A DNA stretch of 64,000 nt from an uncultured Actinomycetes bacterium (GCA_963767005.1 CAVYCN010000003.1:64001-128000); one strand, 5' to 3'. Positions 19,789-30,100 are shown, counted from the first letter of the stretch. Program-made: numbers and translations. Notes: generated from the sequence alone by a model not told the origin.

Positions 19789-20909
19789 TCGCGGACTCCG
19801 AAGAGGTAACGGGCCGCCATGTTCACCCGCGCATCAATGCAGGTCCGCGACATGGTTTCCTTTGTGATGGCAAACCGGTATTGCTCGTTCTTCAGAAGTG
19901 CGCGGCGCTCCGACTCGGGGTGCTCCGGCATCTCGTAGCCGACGGACAGAGCGCGGTCCGCGGCGATGAGCAGCGAATCACAGAGCGTGGGGCTGAACTT
20001 GGGGACGAGCCTGTCGGGATCTGACGGCGATACGTTGTGGAAGGCAGTTCGGCCGAACTCTGCGTGTACCAGGTGGACACTCTTGAGAAAGCGTTGACGC
20101 AAATCCTCGAGCCCCGCTACGTCCGGATCGATGTGCGCCTTCATGTACGTGTCGAGGAATCGCTTCAACGACAGCCGTTCTGTCTCGCCGTCGCCATACT
20201 CTGAGGAGCTGAGAGCGAAGAACCTGAGGATGAACTCCATATCTCGCATCCGGCACTCCGGCTCGCGCAGCCCGAATAGCTCCCGCCAGTTCAAGTCGCG
20301 GTTGAGTTCGAATAGCAGTCCGTTAAGACCGCCCTGGGCGACGCAGTTCCGAATCTCCTGAGGCAACAGAGTGCGGCCGCTGGTGTTGATTCGCTCGAAG
20401 ACCTGAAAGAGGCTGGTGTCGTCATCCTCAGGATGCTTCTGCACGAAGATGATGGCGTGGATGGTGGTGTTGCGAATTCGCCGCTGCTTCTCTTCGTCTA
20501 GCTCCGCGAACGACTTACCTTGCCAGCGGGCGTTCACCTTCTGAGAACGGGAAAGGCGAAACGCACGGCCATCCCCAGAGAAGACTCCCCGGACGTAGTC
20601 GCGGACCGTCATGATCCGCTGATATCCATCGACGATCAGCAATTTCTCGTCGTCAGTCTGGGCAAGAAAGATGCTCGGCACAGGCAACCCGAGTAGGAGC
20701 GAGTCAATGAAGCGTGACGCCTCAATCCTGTCCCAGACGTAGTTTCTTTGAAGTTCGGGCTTTACGAGCTCATCGTCGTCATACCGTTGGATGAGCTCGC
20801 GAAAGGAGAGGTCGGCCCCCCACGATGAGATTCTGAAGAGGCTGTCGTCTGAGTAGCTGTCCGACTCCTCCTCCCGAATGTGTTGGATGACGTCACGCTG
20901 TTGAGCCAC
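19785..20909 (-). CDS. DUF262 (ParB/GmrS-like) domain protein
   Basis: PELQRNYVW, SRFIDSLLLGLPVPSIF, IVDGYQR, FERINTSG motifs. Confidence 0.9.
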   Translation of the reverse strand: MAQQRDVIQHIREEESDSYSDDSLFRISSWGADLSFRELIQRYDDDELVKPELQRNYVWDRIEASRFIDSLLLGLPVPSIFLAQTDDEKLLIVDGYQRIMTVRDYVRGVFSGDGRAFRLSRSQKVNARWQGKSFAELDEEKQRRIRNTTIHAIIFVQKHPEDDDTSLFQVFERINTSGRTLLPQEIRNCVAQGGLNGLLFELNRDLNWRELFGLREPECRMRDMEFILRFFALSSSEYGDGETERLSLKRFLDTYMKAHIDPDVAGLEDLRQRFLKSVHLVHAEFGRTAFHNVSPSDPDRLVPKFSPTLCDSLLIAADRALSVGYEMPEHPESERRALLKNEQYRFAITKETMSRTCIDARVNMAARYLFGVRE

Positions 20910-21112
20910 TCCCGCCTCCCCGAATACGCGCGCATGTTCAGAAGTCCACCGCCTTCTCAACCTGAGCGTACGACCGGACGGCAGTCCCGTCCAGGAACGA
21001 CCAGACGGCTCACCAATTCAGGATGACCCTTCGCACGAGAGCACTCTCGCATGCCGTGCGAACAACATTGCAGGGGCTGGTCTGGGCGACACCCAGCGCC
21101 AAGTCGCGCCGA

Positions 21113-21133
21113 ATGTCGGCACCAATGTCGGCA
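21113..21133. repeat. Tandem ATGTCGGCA pair (putative integrase arm-type sites)
   Basis: ATGTCGGCA at 21113 and 21125 (12-bp period); equivalent pairs at 21342/21354 and 61877/61889. Confidence 0.65.
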
Positions 21134-21188
21134 TCAGGCACCTACGAAAGCGATCGGAGAGAAGCGAGAGGATTGATTAGCAGGAGGG

Positions 21189-21237
21189 TCTTCTGGAGGC
21201 GGCGACCGGAGTCGAACCGGTGATTAAGGTTTTGCAG
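21189..21237 (-). repeat. att site: 49-bp duplicate of the tRNA-Cys 3' half
   Basis: TCTTCTGGAGGCGGCGACCGGAGTCGAACCGGTGATTAAGGTTTTGCAG identical to 61953-62001. Confidence 0.95.
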
Positions 21238-21341
21238 TCAGTCTCAACCATCCAGACGATGTCCAGCACCGCAAGACCAGGCTGCACAGGGCCAGTTTCT
21301 TCCTCTAGCCGCGGATCCTAACTGGGTTAGCGGGGCGGCCG

Positions 21342-21362
21342 ATGTCGGCAGGCATGTCGGCA
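21342..21362. repeat. Tandem ATGTCGGCA pair inside the island left end
   Basis: ATGTCGGCA at 21342 and 21354. Confidence 0.65.
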
Positions 21363-21590
21363 AGCAGGGGGATTAACTGGCAGCAACTGGCAGGATCCGG
21401 GGCATCCGCGCCTACGTGAGCTCGCTGTCTTGCCGCGGACTCAAGCTGCGCGAGCATGACAAGCTTATGGCGCTTTGCAGGACTTCTCCACCCCCGAAGC
21501 GCCGCGTGACGGACTCCTGATGTTGCCCCTCTGCCCCGCCAGCAGCCGCCCGACTCCGCCAGTTCCAGGCTCGGGGGCTGTCGCCAGATG

Positions 21591-22847
21591 CTATGACTGT
21601 TTGTCCTGAGCAGCCGTTGTGGCCCGTAGCCTGCGCATGCGCAGCTTCGCCGCCGTCTGTTTGCGCTCGCGATAGGCGGCATCCTCGTCGAGGCGCCGCG
21701 TGCGCTTGGCGTGCTCCTGACAGGCCGTCGAGCAGTAGCGCCGGTCGGAGCGCGTCGTCGCAAACAGTCGTCCGCAACCGCAGCGCGCGCAGTGACCGAA
21801 ACGCACCCCACCCTTGATGTCGAAGAAGGCCATGGCCGCCAGCGTGGCGATCAGCGAAGGTGAGGCAAAGCGCGCGACCGGCGTCTTCTTCTCGAAGACG
21901 ATCTCGAGCGAGACCGGGGCGAGCAGCTCGTTGAGACCGTCGAGATCCTGCACTTTCTGCCCAGTGCCGCCATCCTGCAGGCCGCCCAGCGCCTCGGCCA
22001 AGGTCACAGCGTAGCGAGCAAAGCTAACGACGTCCTCCGAGTAGTCCTGCCAAAACAGCGGCGAGTGGGGCTCCGGAAAGGAGCCACCGCGTGTGTCGCC
22101 CAGATAGGCGCCCTTGACCTCGCCAAGCTCCGCAAGATCGAGAGCCGCCGGCAAGCCGGCCCTGGCCGGCAGAACGCGGTGCAGCACCGTGCCGCCTTTG
22201 AGATGTGACTCATCGAGGGGCCAGTCGCCATGCGCTACGAGCCAGTCGATCGAGCGACGCGACAGGCCCGGGCGACTGCCCTTGGGAACCTGCTCGCGCT
22301 GCCTTCGGGTGAACGTGCGCCAGTCGGAGCCGCTGCGCTCGTAGCGCACATAGCTTGAGATCAGGTCGTCTTTGGCGAGCTCGTCGGGCAGGTCGAGCAG
22401 GACCTCGGGCCGCGCTCCGGCGTTCAGCGCGAGGGTCTCCTGAGCGAAGATGCCAAGCAGACCGTAGCGCCCACAGAAGGCGAGCATAGGCTCGGCGATC
22501 TCGGCGGGCAGCTGCTGCGATGCGCTGTACCCGCCCGACAAGGCGACCTGCGCCTGAGTGGTGTAGTCGACAAGCTCGGCGAGCGTCGGATCTTGCGGTA
22601 CCGGCACCCTCTCCTGGAAGGTGGCGATGCTCTCCCTAACCTGGCGCTCGTACCAGTCGGTTATCTGTTCGCCGAGTCGGGCGAGCTCGACGTAGGGCGG
22701 CTGCCCTTTGCCTTTGTCCGCCCAGGGGTCGTATGGCGCAAGGCGCGCGCCGCGAGCCCGGCAGATGCGCCGCCCCACCAGCTGGTAGGCAGCAAAGCGC
22801 CACCAGGTCCCCGTCAGTAATCTCGCGTCGCTTCTCGCAGTTCTCAT
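21591..22847 (-). CDS. Hypothetical protein with C-terminal CGNR-type zinc finger
   Basis: HCARCGCGRLFATTRSDRRYCSTACQ. Confidence 0.65.
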   Translation of the reverse strand: MRTARSDARLLTGTWWRFAAYQLVGRRICRARGARLAPYDPWADKGKGQPPYVELARLGEQITDWYERQVRESIATFQERVPVPQDPTLAELVDYTTQAQVALSGGYSASQQLPAEIAEPMLAFCGRYGLLGIFAQETLALNAGARPEVLLDLPDELAKDDLISSYVRYERSGSDWRTFTRRQREQVPKGSRPGLSRRSIDWLVAHGDWPLDESHLKGGTVLHRVLPARAGLPAALDLAELGEVKGAYLGDTRGGSFPEPHSPLFWQDYSEDVVSFARYAVTLAEALGGLQDGGTGQKVQDLDGLNELLAPVSLEIVFEKKTPVARFASPSLIATLAAMAFFDIKGGVRFGHCARCGCGRLFATTRSDRRYCSTACQEHAKRTRRLDEDAAYRERKQTAAKLRMRRLRATTAAQDKQS

Positions 22848-22937
22848 GTTCGCCCCCGGAAAGTTACCGAGTATTGGACATCCGGCGGGCGAACCCTGCT
22901 TGCAACGGCCTCAAAAGCAAGCAGAAGGGACAGCGCC

Positions 22938-24224
22938 ATGACCACCCACAAGCAGGTCCACGCCGACGACGGCAACAGCGCTCTCGGCATTGAGTACTGG
23001 CCGATCGACCGACCTCAGCCCTACGCCAACAACCCGCGCACGATCCCGCCAAGCGCCATCGCCAAGGTGGCGCGTAGCATCGCCGAGTTCGGCTTCCGCC
23101 AGCCGATCGTGGTCGACGACAAGGACATCGTCATCGTCGGTCATGTGCGCCTGGCAGCCGCCAAGCAGCTCGACCTGACGTCGGTCCCGGTCCATGTCGC
23201 CGGTGGCTTGAGCGCGGCCCAGGTCAAGGCCTACCGACTGGCCGACAACCGGAGTGCCCAGGAGACCGACTGGGACGCTACCCTGCTGGGGCTCGAGCTC
23301 ACAGATCTTGCGGCCCTCGGCCTGGAGTTGGACTTCACCGGCTTTGAGGCAGACGAACTGGCCGCCTACCTGGGTCCCGACAAGGTCGGCCTGACCGACC
23401 CCGACTTCGTGCCCGCCCCGCCGGCCGAGCCGCGCAGCAAGCCCGGCGACCTCTGGGGACTGGGTGAGCACCGCCTGCTCTGCGGCGACAGCACAAACCC
23501 CGATGATGTGCAGCGCCTGATGGCCGGCGAGCGCGCCACGGCCATGGTGACCGACCCGCCCTACTTAGTCGACTATCGCGGCGACAACCGCCCGCCGACC
23601 TGGGCGAACGGCGGCAAGGCCGGCCATCAGAAGGTCAGAGCCTGGGACGAATACACCGACCCCAAGACCGCCCAGGCCTTCTACGAGGGTTTCCTGCGGG
23701 CCGCCCTGGAGTGCGCCCTGGCCGAGCGCGCGCCCGTCTACCAGTTCTTCGCCGCCCTGCGGGCGCCGCTGCTCTTCGGCGCCTGGGAGCAGGTCGGGCT
23801 GCTCGCCCACGAGGTGCTGATCTGGTACAAGAGCCGGCGCCCGATCGGCCGCTCCGACTATGTGTGGACCTACGAGCCGATCGCCTACGGCTGGCGCAAG
23901 GGGTATCGTCCGCCTCCCTCGCGGCGACCCCCGGCGGGCAGCTCGGCGGTCTGGGAGATTCCCTCGGCAATCGAGGACGGTGCTGGCGGCGTGCATCCCA
24001 CGATGAAGCCGGTCGAGTGCTACCGCAGGCCGCTGCTCTATCACACACGCGCAGGTGAGGCAGTCTATGAGAGCTTCGCCGGCTCGGGAACAGCGCTGAT
24101 CGCCTGCGAGCAGCTTGGCCGGCGTTGTTACGCGATCGAGATCTCGCCCGTCTTTTGCGACGTGGTGATCCGGCGCTACGAACTGTTCGCCGGCAAGCAG
24201 GCCGTGCTGCTCGATCACGCCTGA
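22938..24224 (+). CDS. Phage-type ParB-like domain / N6-N4 DNA methyltransferase
   Basis: PYANNPR, SIAEFGFRQPIVVD, YRLADNR, GEHRLLCGDST, TDPPY, HPTMKP, FAGSGT. Confidence 0.92.
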   Translation: MTTHKQVHADDGNSALGIEYWPIDRPQPYANNPRTIPPSAIAKVARSIAEFGFRQPIVVDDKDIVIVGHVRLAAAKQLDLTSVPVHVAGGLSAAQVKAYRLADNRSAQETDWDATLLGLELTDLAALGLELDFTGFEADELAAYLGPDKVGLTDPDFVPAPPAEPRSKPGDLWGLGEHRLLCGDSTNPDDVQRLMAGERATAMVTDPPYLVDYRGDNRPPTWANGGKAGHQKVRAWDEYTDPKTAQAFYEGFLRAALECALAERAPVYQFFAALRAPLLFGAWEQVGLLAHEVLIWYKSRRPIGRSDYVWTYEPIAYGWRKGYRPPPSRRPPAGSSAVWEIPSAIEDGAGGVHPTMKPVECYRRPLLYHTRAGEAVYESFAGSGTALIACEQLGRRCYAIEISPVFCDVVIRRYELFAGKQAVLLDHA

Positions 24225-24244
24225 GCAGGCCCAAGGACATCGTC

Positions 24245-24760
24245 ATGGCCAAAGAACAAGAACACCTCACGCGGGCCCAACGCGAGCAACGCATCGCCGA
24301 GATCTATCCGCTCGTGGTCGACGGCTTCCACTTCGCCCAGATCAGAGAGATCGTCGCCAAGAAGTGCGACTGGTCAGTACCGGAGCGCACGCTCTGGCGC
24401 TACATCGCCGAGGCGCGCGAGCTGGTGCGCGCCCAGGCCGACTTTCGCCGCCAGGAGAAGCTCGCCGAGGCGGCCGCCTTTCTCGAGCGTCTGCGCCTGC
24501 GGGCCTCGATGGCTGGCGAGCTCGGCACCGCGCTGCGCGTGCAGTGCGAGCTCAACCGCCTCTACGACCTGCTCGCCCCGCAGAAGCTCGAGCTCTACGA
24601 CTTCTCCAACCTATCCGATCAACAGTTAGCCGCCGAGGTGGCACGTGAACTTCCCGAACTCATCAGAGAGGCAGAGCGCCTTGCGGGCGGAACTGCTCAG
24701 ACGCACACAGAACAAGACGACCGGCCTGACCCGCTGGATCCCCCACACCCCGACGCCTAA
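24245..24760 (+). CDS. Putative terminase small subunit / HTH protein
   Basis: HTH-like (WSVPERTLWRYI), DFSNLSDQQL tail; between methylase and terminase large subunit. Confidence 0.55.
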   Translation: MAKEQEHLTRAQREQRIAEIYPLVVDGFHFAQIREIVAKKCDWSVPERTLWRYIAEARELVRAQADFRRQEKLAEAAAFLERLRLRASMAGELGTALRVQCELNRLYDLLAPQKLELYDFSNLSDQQLAAEVARELPELIREAERLAGGTAQTHTEQDDRPDPLDPPHPDA

Positions 24761-26168
24761 GCAGCAACTCTTCTTAGACTGCCCCGCCAAGGAGGCCTTC
24801 TACGGCGGCGCCGCCGGCGGCGGCAAGACCGACGCCCTGCTGATGGCCGCCCTGCAGTTCGTCGATGTGCCGGGCTATGCCGCCCTGCTGTTTCGCCGCA
24901 GCTTCGCCGATTTGAACTTACCCGGCGCCCTGATGGACCGCGCCCACTCCTGGCTGGGAGCAACCGCGGCCCACTGGAACGCCCACGACCACGTCTGGAC
25001 CTTCCCCAGTGGCGCCACCTTGACCTTCGGCTATCTGGAGAGCGAGCGCGACAAGTACCGCTACCAGTCCTCGGAGGTGCAGTACATCGGCTTCGATGAG
25101 CTCACCCAGTTCGCCGAGAGCCAGTACCTCTATCTCTTCAGTCGTCTGCGCCGCCTGGCGACGAGCGAGCTGCCACTGCGCATGAGAAGCGCCTCCAACC
25201 CGGGCGGCGAGGGCCATGAGTGGGTACGGGCCCGCTTCGTCGATGAGAGGAGCAACGAGAGCCGTGTCTTTGTGCCGGCCCGCCTGGCCGACAACCCCCA
25301 CTTAGACCAGCTCGGCTATGCTGCCAATCTGGCCGAGCTTGACGCCGTGACCCGGGCCCAGCTGCTCGAAGGTGACTGGCAGGTACGACCCGAGGGGGTG
25401 ATGTTCAAAAGAGAGTGGCTGACGATCGTCGAGCAGGGACCCGCCAAGGCCAGCCGGGTGCGCTACTGGGACAAGGCGGCTACCGAGGGCGGCGGCGCGC
25501 GCACGGCCGGCGTGCTCATCGCCCGCACCCCGGAGAAGCTCTACTACGTAGAAGACGTGATCTGCGGCCACTGGTCGGCCTTACGTCGCGAACAGATCAT
25601 GCGCACCACGGCGGTGCGCGACGGTGAGGAGGTGCGGATCTGGATCGAACAGGAGCCGGGTTCCGGGGGCAAGGAGTCGGCCGAGGCCTCGATTCGCAAC
25701 CTGGCAGGCTATGTGGTGCACTCAGACCGGGTGACCGGCGACAAGGTCAGCCGGGCCCAGCCCTTGGCCGCCCAATGCGAGGCCGGTAACGTCAAGGTCG
25801 TGCGGGCTGCCTGGAACCAGGACTACCTGGAGGAACTCTGCAGCTTTCCGCTGGGCGTTCTCAAGGACCAGGTCGATGCCTCCTCGGGGGCTTTCAACAA
25901 ACTCAGCCGCGGGGCGGCCGCCGAGTGGACACCCGAAGAGATAGCGCGTGTGGGACGACGCTGGAGCGGCGAGCTACGCGGCGGCGAGAGCTATCTCGCG
26001 CAGCAGCGCCGCCTGCGTAAGGCACGCGAGGCCGAGACGGCCGGGCTGTCGGAGGAGCTGATCCCGCTCAGCGCGGAGGAGCGTGCCGTCCAGCGCTGGC
26101 GCGATTACGAGCGCGAGGTCGAGGAGATCAACCGGCGGGCCCTGCTGCGGGCACGGGGCGGTCGCTAG
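24645..26168 (+). CDS. Phage terminase large subunit
   Basis: YGGAAGGGKT Walker A, FDELTQF Walker B, ASNPGG, RYWDKA, EQEPGSGGK, DQVDA nuclease motifs. Confidence 0.93.
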   Translation: MNFPNSSERQSALRAELLRRTQNKTTGLTRWIPHTPTPKQQLFLDCPAKEAFYGGAAGGGKTDALLMAALQFVDVPGYAALLFRRSFADLNLPGALMDRAHSWLGATAAHWNAHDHVWTFPSGATLTFGYLESERDKYRYQSSEVQYIGFDELTQFAESQYLYLFSRLRRLATSELPLRMRSASNPGGEGHEWVRARFVDERSNESRVFVPARLADNPHLDQLGYAANLAELDAVTRAQLLEGDWQVRPEGVMFKREWLTIVEQGPAKASRVRYWDKAATEGGGARTAGVLIARTPEKLYYVEDVICGHWSALRREQIMRTTAVRDGEEVRIWIEQEPGSGGKESAEASIRNLAGYVVHSDRVTGDKVSRAQPLAAQCEAGNVKVVRAAWNQDYLEELCSFPLGVLKDQVDASSGAFNKLSRGAAAEWTPEEIARVGRRWSGELRGGESYLAQQRRLRKAREAETAGLSEELIPLSAEERAVQRWRDYEREVEEINRRALLRARGGR

Positions 26169-26198
26169 GAGGGCGGTCGGTACCTCTACGATACCGAG

Positions 26199-26632
26199 TT
26201 AGGCATTGACTCGTGTGGGTTTGGCTATCCGCATGACCGTCCTGTGCGTCGGGAGCGGCGCTGCTCTAACGGCGAGCGTGACCCTCTGGGAGGGCCGCTC
26301 ATAGTGCCATCGCGCATGCTTCTCGCGCGGGCGGCCCGGCGCGCTCGTCGCGGCGTCCTTTGAAATGGGAGCTTTCAGGCGTCCATGGTCGCCAGGCTCC
26401 AGCACCAGCCGGCCAGCTCGCGGGCCACGGCCACGGCGGCCACCGGGGATCGTTTGCCGCGCGCACCGAAGGCAGCCCAGCGTCGCTGCAGGCGCCGGCC
26501 CGCCGCCTCGGCGCGCACACGCACCTCGGCCGGCTGCCCCTCCCGGCGGCGCGCCAGCTCTCGGCGCCGGCCAGGACCTGCTGGCCGCGAGCAGCTGCCG
26601 CTGGTCATCGCTTCACGCTGCGCGGGGCTCAT
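26199..26632 (-). mobile_element. IS110-family remnant: transposase C-terminus and 3' non-coding end
   Basis: ARGKRSPVAAVAVARELAGWCWSLA C-terminal motif, followed by ~175 nt non-coding sequence. Confidence 0.7.
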
Positions 26633-26892
26633 CCGGGTGCTACCTCAGGTGAAGCCGGCAAAGACACGACCCGAGATCTACGACACCGAGCACCATGTCT
26701 TCTCGCCCGCTCGATGCCCTGCGCTATCTGCTCGTCAACCACGTGCTGGCGCCCAACATGGACATCGTCTGCTGGGACGCCGACGCGCCGAGCCCCTGCG
26801 AGACGCGGCAACAGGCGGAGCAGCGGTCGCTGATGAGCCGCTACCGAATCGCAGGTCGCAAACGGAGTCGACTGCCATCGTCCGCCGTCTGA
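26625..26892 (+). pseudogene. Possible frameshifted C-terminal remnant of a second terminase large subunit
   Basis: ...EIYDTEHHVFS / LDALRYLLVN resembles the terminase (D/H)xxDALRY motif. Confidence 0.4.
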
Positions 26893-27217
26893 GTGGCCAA
26901 GCATCCAAGTGTAGCAAGAACACCAGCACCCTTCAGACGGAGGCGCCCGGACGATCATGGCGATTCGCGAGCTGTTCGACGAGTCGCGCCTCGGGGGAAC
27001 TGAGGCTATCGAGCCTGCGCTCGAGCCGGCAATCCGGGTCCTCGTCGTGGCCGCCGAAGGCCTAGCAGACGCAGGCATGGCCATCGACTCCTGCTGCCAG
27101 CTCTGGGGCGGGTCTCTCTACCGCCAACGCTCCACCTGCTCGCATCGTCTTGAGATGGGAAGAGTGCGCCAAGACCGTCACGTGTGTGTGGGGCGAATCG
27201 CACACAAAGGAGGGACC

Positions 27218-27559
27218 ATGGCTATTCTCAGTGGCTCGATTGAGGCAGACGTACCGATCGCCTTCGCCGACCGCGAGTGGACCGAGTTTGTGTTTCGCAA
27301 CCTCTACGGCAACTATGCCAAGGGCTTCGAGGATGTCGCCACCTCGATCAACGAGACCGACGCCGACTCCGGCACGGTGCAGTTCGAGACCGAGGGCGAG
27401 CGCCTGGTCAAGGTGTCGGTCGAGCTCGAGTACACGCCTCACGGCGCCGATTTCGAGGCCGAGGTCGTCCGCGCCCAAGCGCGCCTGAACGCAGACCTCG
27501 AGAAGTACCGCGCCTTCCTGCTCAAGCGTTGCGAGCAGGAGAGCTGCCGGCCAAGCTAG
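27218..27559 (+). CDS. SRPBCC/cyclase-like small protein
   Basis: SIEADVP...GTVQFE...VSVELEY...DLEKYRAFL; RBS AAGGAGG. Confidence 0.65.
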   Translation: MAILSGSIEADVPIAFADREWTEFVFRNLYGNYAKGFEDVATSINETDADSGTVQFETEGERLVKVSVELEYTPHGADFEAEVVRAQARLNADLEKYRAFLLKRCEQESCRPS

Positions 27560-27592
27560 ATCTGCCGGGTTTGCGTCAACCCCGACCGCGGG

Positions 27593-28408
27593 TCAGTCCT
27601 GGTCGTCGAGCTCGCTGTGCCAGCGCTTGCGGGTACCCACGCGAGCTCGCATGCGAAAACGAAGGCTCTTGGGCGCCTCGTCGATCGCGGCAATCAGGTG
27701 CAGCACACCGCGGTGTGTGCGAGTCATCTGGGCCTCGCTTAAGTCGAAGCTGGCGGCACCTCCATCGACGCGTTGCAGGTTCAGGGCGACGTCGTAGAAG
27801 AGGCCCCAGTCGTCGCTGCAGAGTCTGCCGATGTAGCCCGCGTCAATCATCCCGGGACCGCCCTGTTCACCGACCTCGGTGTCGGCCAGGATGGTGATGA
27901 TGTCGCGCAGATCCTTCTCGTTCAGCCGGAAGATCTGTAGCTTTGTGAGGAGCAGATCGGCGAGTGAGAGTGTGTAGGGCTCGACCTCCAGGCGCTGCTC
28001 GAGCGAGATCTCGTGGTCCATGCGGAAGGTGCCCAGAAAGACGTCGATGTGGTCGTCGCCGTGGGCGCGGTCACCTTCCGGTCCGCCGCTGTGCCGGCAA
28101 GGGCGCACGAACTGCAATTCGCCGTCGGCCGTCGCCGTGCTCACCTCGTGATTCTCGGCGTAGCCGAAATCCTTGAACAACGCCACCAGGCGGCGCACCT
28201 GTTTGGCGGAGGCGACCATGTCCAGGTCGGAGTAGTCACGCGCGCAAAGCTCAAGGGTATGGCAGTGCTCACGCACGCCCAGGCCGCCGAGCAGGCGCAG
28301 CGTAAGGCCCTTGGCGCGGGCCGCATCGATCAGCCGCCGGCCCTCGTCGGCCATGTCGTGACGAACGCGCTCGGTGCCTTGCGCGACGGATGTCGGCTTA
28401 CTTGCCAT
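27593..28408 (-). CDS. Uncharacterised nucleotidyltransferase-like protein
   Basis: LRLLGGLGV, DYSDLD, IDVF, LLLTKLQI..LNEKD; paralog of 33924-34736. Confidence 0.65.
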   Translation of the reverse strand: MASKPTSVAQGTERVRHDMADEGRRLIDAARAKGLTLRLLGGLGVREHCHTLELCARDYSDLDMVASAKQVRRLVALFKDFGYAENHEVSTATADGELQFVRPCRHSGGPEGDRAHGDDHIDVFLGTFRMDHEISLEQRLEVEPYTLSLADLLLTKLQIFRLNEKDLRDIITILADTEVGEQGGPGMIDAGYIGRLCSDDWGLFYDVALNLQRVDGGAASFDLSEAQMTRTHRGVLHLIAAIDEAPKSLRFRMRARVGTRKRWHSELDDQD

Positions 28409-28615
28409 GCCCTCTTGTCACCGTCGGAGACCCGCGAGAAACTCTTCGGTCTCATTTGCACGTCGAGGGAGTGACAAGCTTCTGGGCCACTCGGTGCAAT
28501 GCTCTAGGCGGCACACGTCCGACTGACCGAGTTCGCGCCGGGACAGCGGCTGCTTTCGGTTATCCCGCGCACCGGACTGCTCGTTACCCGCTTTGGCGAT
28601 GACTGCAGTTCGCAT

Positions 28616-30100
28616 TCATGGAATCATGACGTCTGGGTCCAAGGCTCGTGTAGCCGCCACGAATGTCTTCCAGAGCTGGCGACGTTCGATTCGCTCACCC
28701 TCTTGCAGGCGGGGCTCGAAGCGCCGGCTAAAGGACGCCCGGGCAGCCAGCCCTGGAAGGTCCAATTCTCCAAGCCCAATGGCCGCCAAGCCGGCTGCGC
28801 CGGCAGCCGTCCCCTCACGCTCCGCCGAGGCAAGGATAGGTCGGCCACTTAGGTCAGCCTCAAGCTGCAGCAGGACATCGCTCGCGCTCAGCCCCCCATC
28901 GACACGAATCTCCGTCGGCAAAGCCTGCACCTCGCCAATCGCGTCCAATACGTCCACCACCCGATGGGCAATCCCCTCCAACACGGCGAAGGCCAAGTCA
29001 CTCTTCTGACTGGACGCCCTCAAACCGGCGAAGACCCCAGCAGCACCTGCTCTCCACCAAGGCGCACCAACCCCACTCAAAGCTGGGAGGAAGAAGACTC
29101 TCCGCGGAATGCCCGACTCGGCCAGTTTGTCTAGGTCAGACGCAGTGTCGGCAAGCCCGAGGCCGACCGCCCAATCGACGGCCGTCCCTCCCGAAAACAC
29201 GCCACCTTCTACGGCATAGGACATCTCCCCGGAGGGCAACGCCCAAGCGAATATCGGCATCAACCCGTGCTCAGGCCGCACGGGTTCAGGGCCGGCATTC
29301 GCGTCAATGAAACAGCCTGTCCCATGCGTTACCTTCATGTCACCAGTCTTTACAGCGCCAATGGCGGCAAGTGCCGACGGTTGATCACAAATCGATGCGG
29401 CGATTGGTGCACCACACGTTGTTTTGATTGGTTCCTCCAGAACCGTCTTTCGCATGTCTGCAAGCCAGGTGATATCAATGCCGAAGATTTCAGCACACGA
29501 TTCCTCGAACTGCAGACTGTCTAGACTCATCAACTGGGTGCGACAGGCTGTCGAAGGATCGGTCGCAAATTCCTTTCCATCGCTCAAGCGAAAAGTGAAG
29601 TAGCTATCAAGAGTGCCAACCGCTAATGTACCATTCTTTGACGCATCACTCACAGCATCGATATTGCGAAGCATCCACGCCATCTTACCAGCTGAATAGT
29701 ATGGGTCAAGAGGCAAACCGGTTACTTGCTCAACCAATCTCTGGTCAGATGTACCGGCCATGCTCTCAATGATATCTGTTGATCGTCGATCCGACCACAA
29801 TACTACGGGAGATAATGGGGCACCGCTAATGCGGTCAAAAGCGACGACGCTCTCGCCTTGATTTGCAAGACCAATCCCGGCGAGTTCTGCTCCGTCAGCA
29901 TGATTGAGCGCCTCCGCAAGCGTCACCTCGATTGACTGGACGAGCTCCTCTGCGTCCTGTTCATTCCAGCCAGGAGCCGGATGCTGCGTCCGGGTACGGC
30001 GGTAGCTGGTGGTGATGAACCGTCCCTTGGTATCGTACAGATTGGTCCTAGTGCCGGTCGTTCCCTGGTCTATTCCGGCAAACACACGGGACACGCTCAT
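28616..30100 (-). CDS. FGGY family carbohydrate kinase (glycerol kinase-like)
   Basis: GIDQGTTGT, ANQGES, DPYYSAGK, TDPSTACRT, DQPSAL, RVDGG. Confidence 0.92.
   Translation of the reverse strand: MSVSRVFAGIDQGTTGTRTNLYDTKGRFITTSYRRTRTQHPAPGWNEQDAEELVQSIEVTLAEALNHADGAELAGIGLANQGESVVAFDRISGAPLSPVVLWSDRRSTDIIESMAGTSDQRLVEQVTGLPLDPYYSAGKMAWMLRNIDAVSDASKNGTLAVGTLDSYFTFRLSDGKEFATDPSTACRTQLMSLDSLQFEESCAEIFGIDITWLADMRKTVLEEPIKTTCGAPIAASICDQPSALAAIGAVKTGDMKVTHGTGCFIDANAGPEPVRPEHGLMPIFAWALPSGEMSYAVEGGVFSGGTAVDWAVGLGLADTASDLDKLAESGIPRRVFFLPALSGVGAPWWRAGAAGVFAGLRASSQKSDLAFAVLEGIAHRVVDVLDAIGEVQALPTEIRVDGGLSASDVLLQLEADLSGRPILASAEREGTAAGAAGLAAIGLGELDLPGLAARASFSRRFEPRLQEGERIERRQLWKTFVAATRALDPDVMIP

Noticed and set aside
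21189-21237. Second tRNA-Cys gene
   Set aside because: Only the 3' half is present; it is an att duplication.
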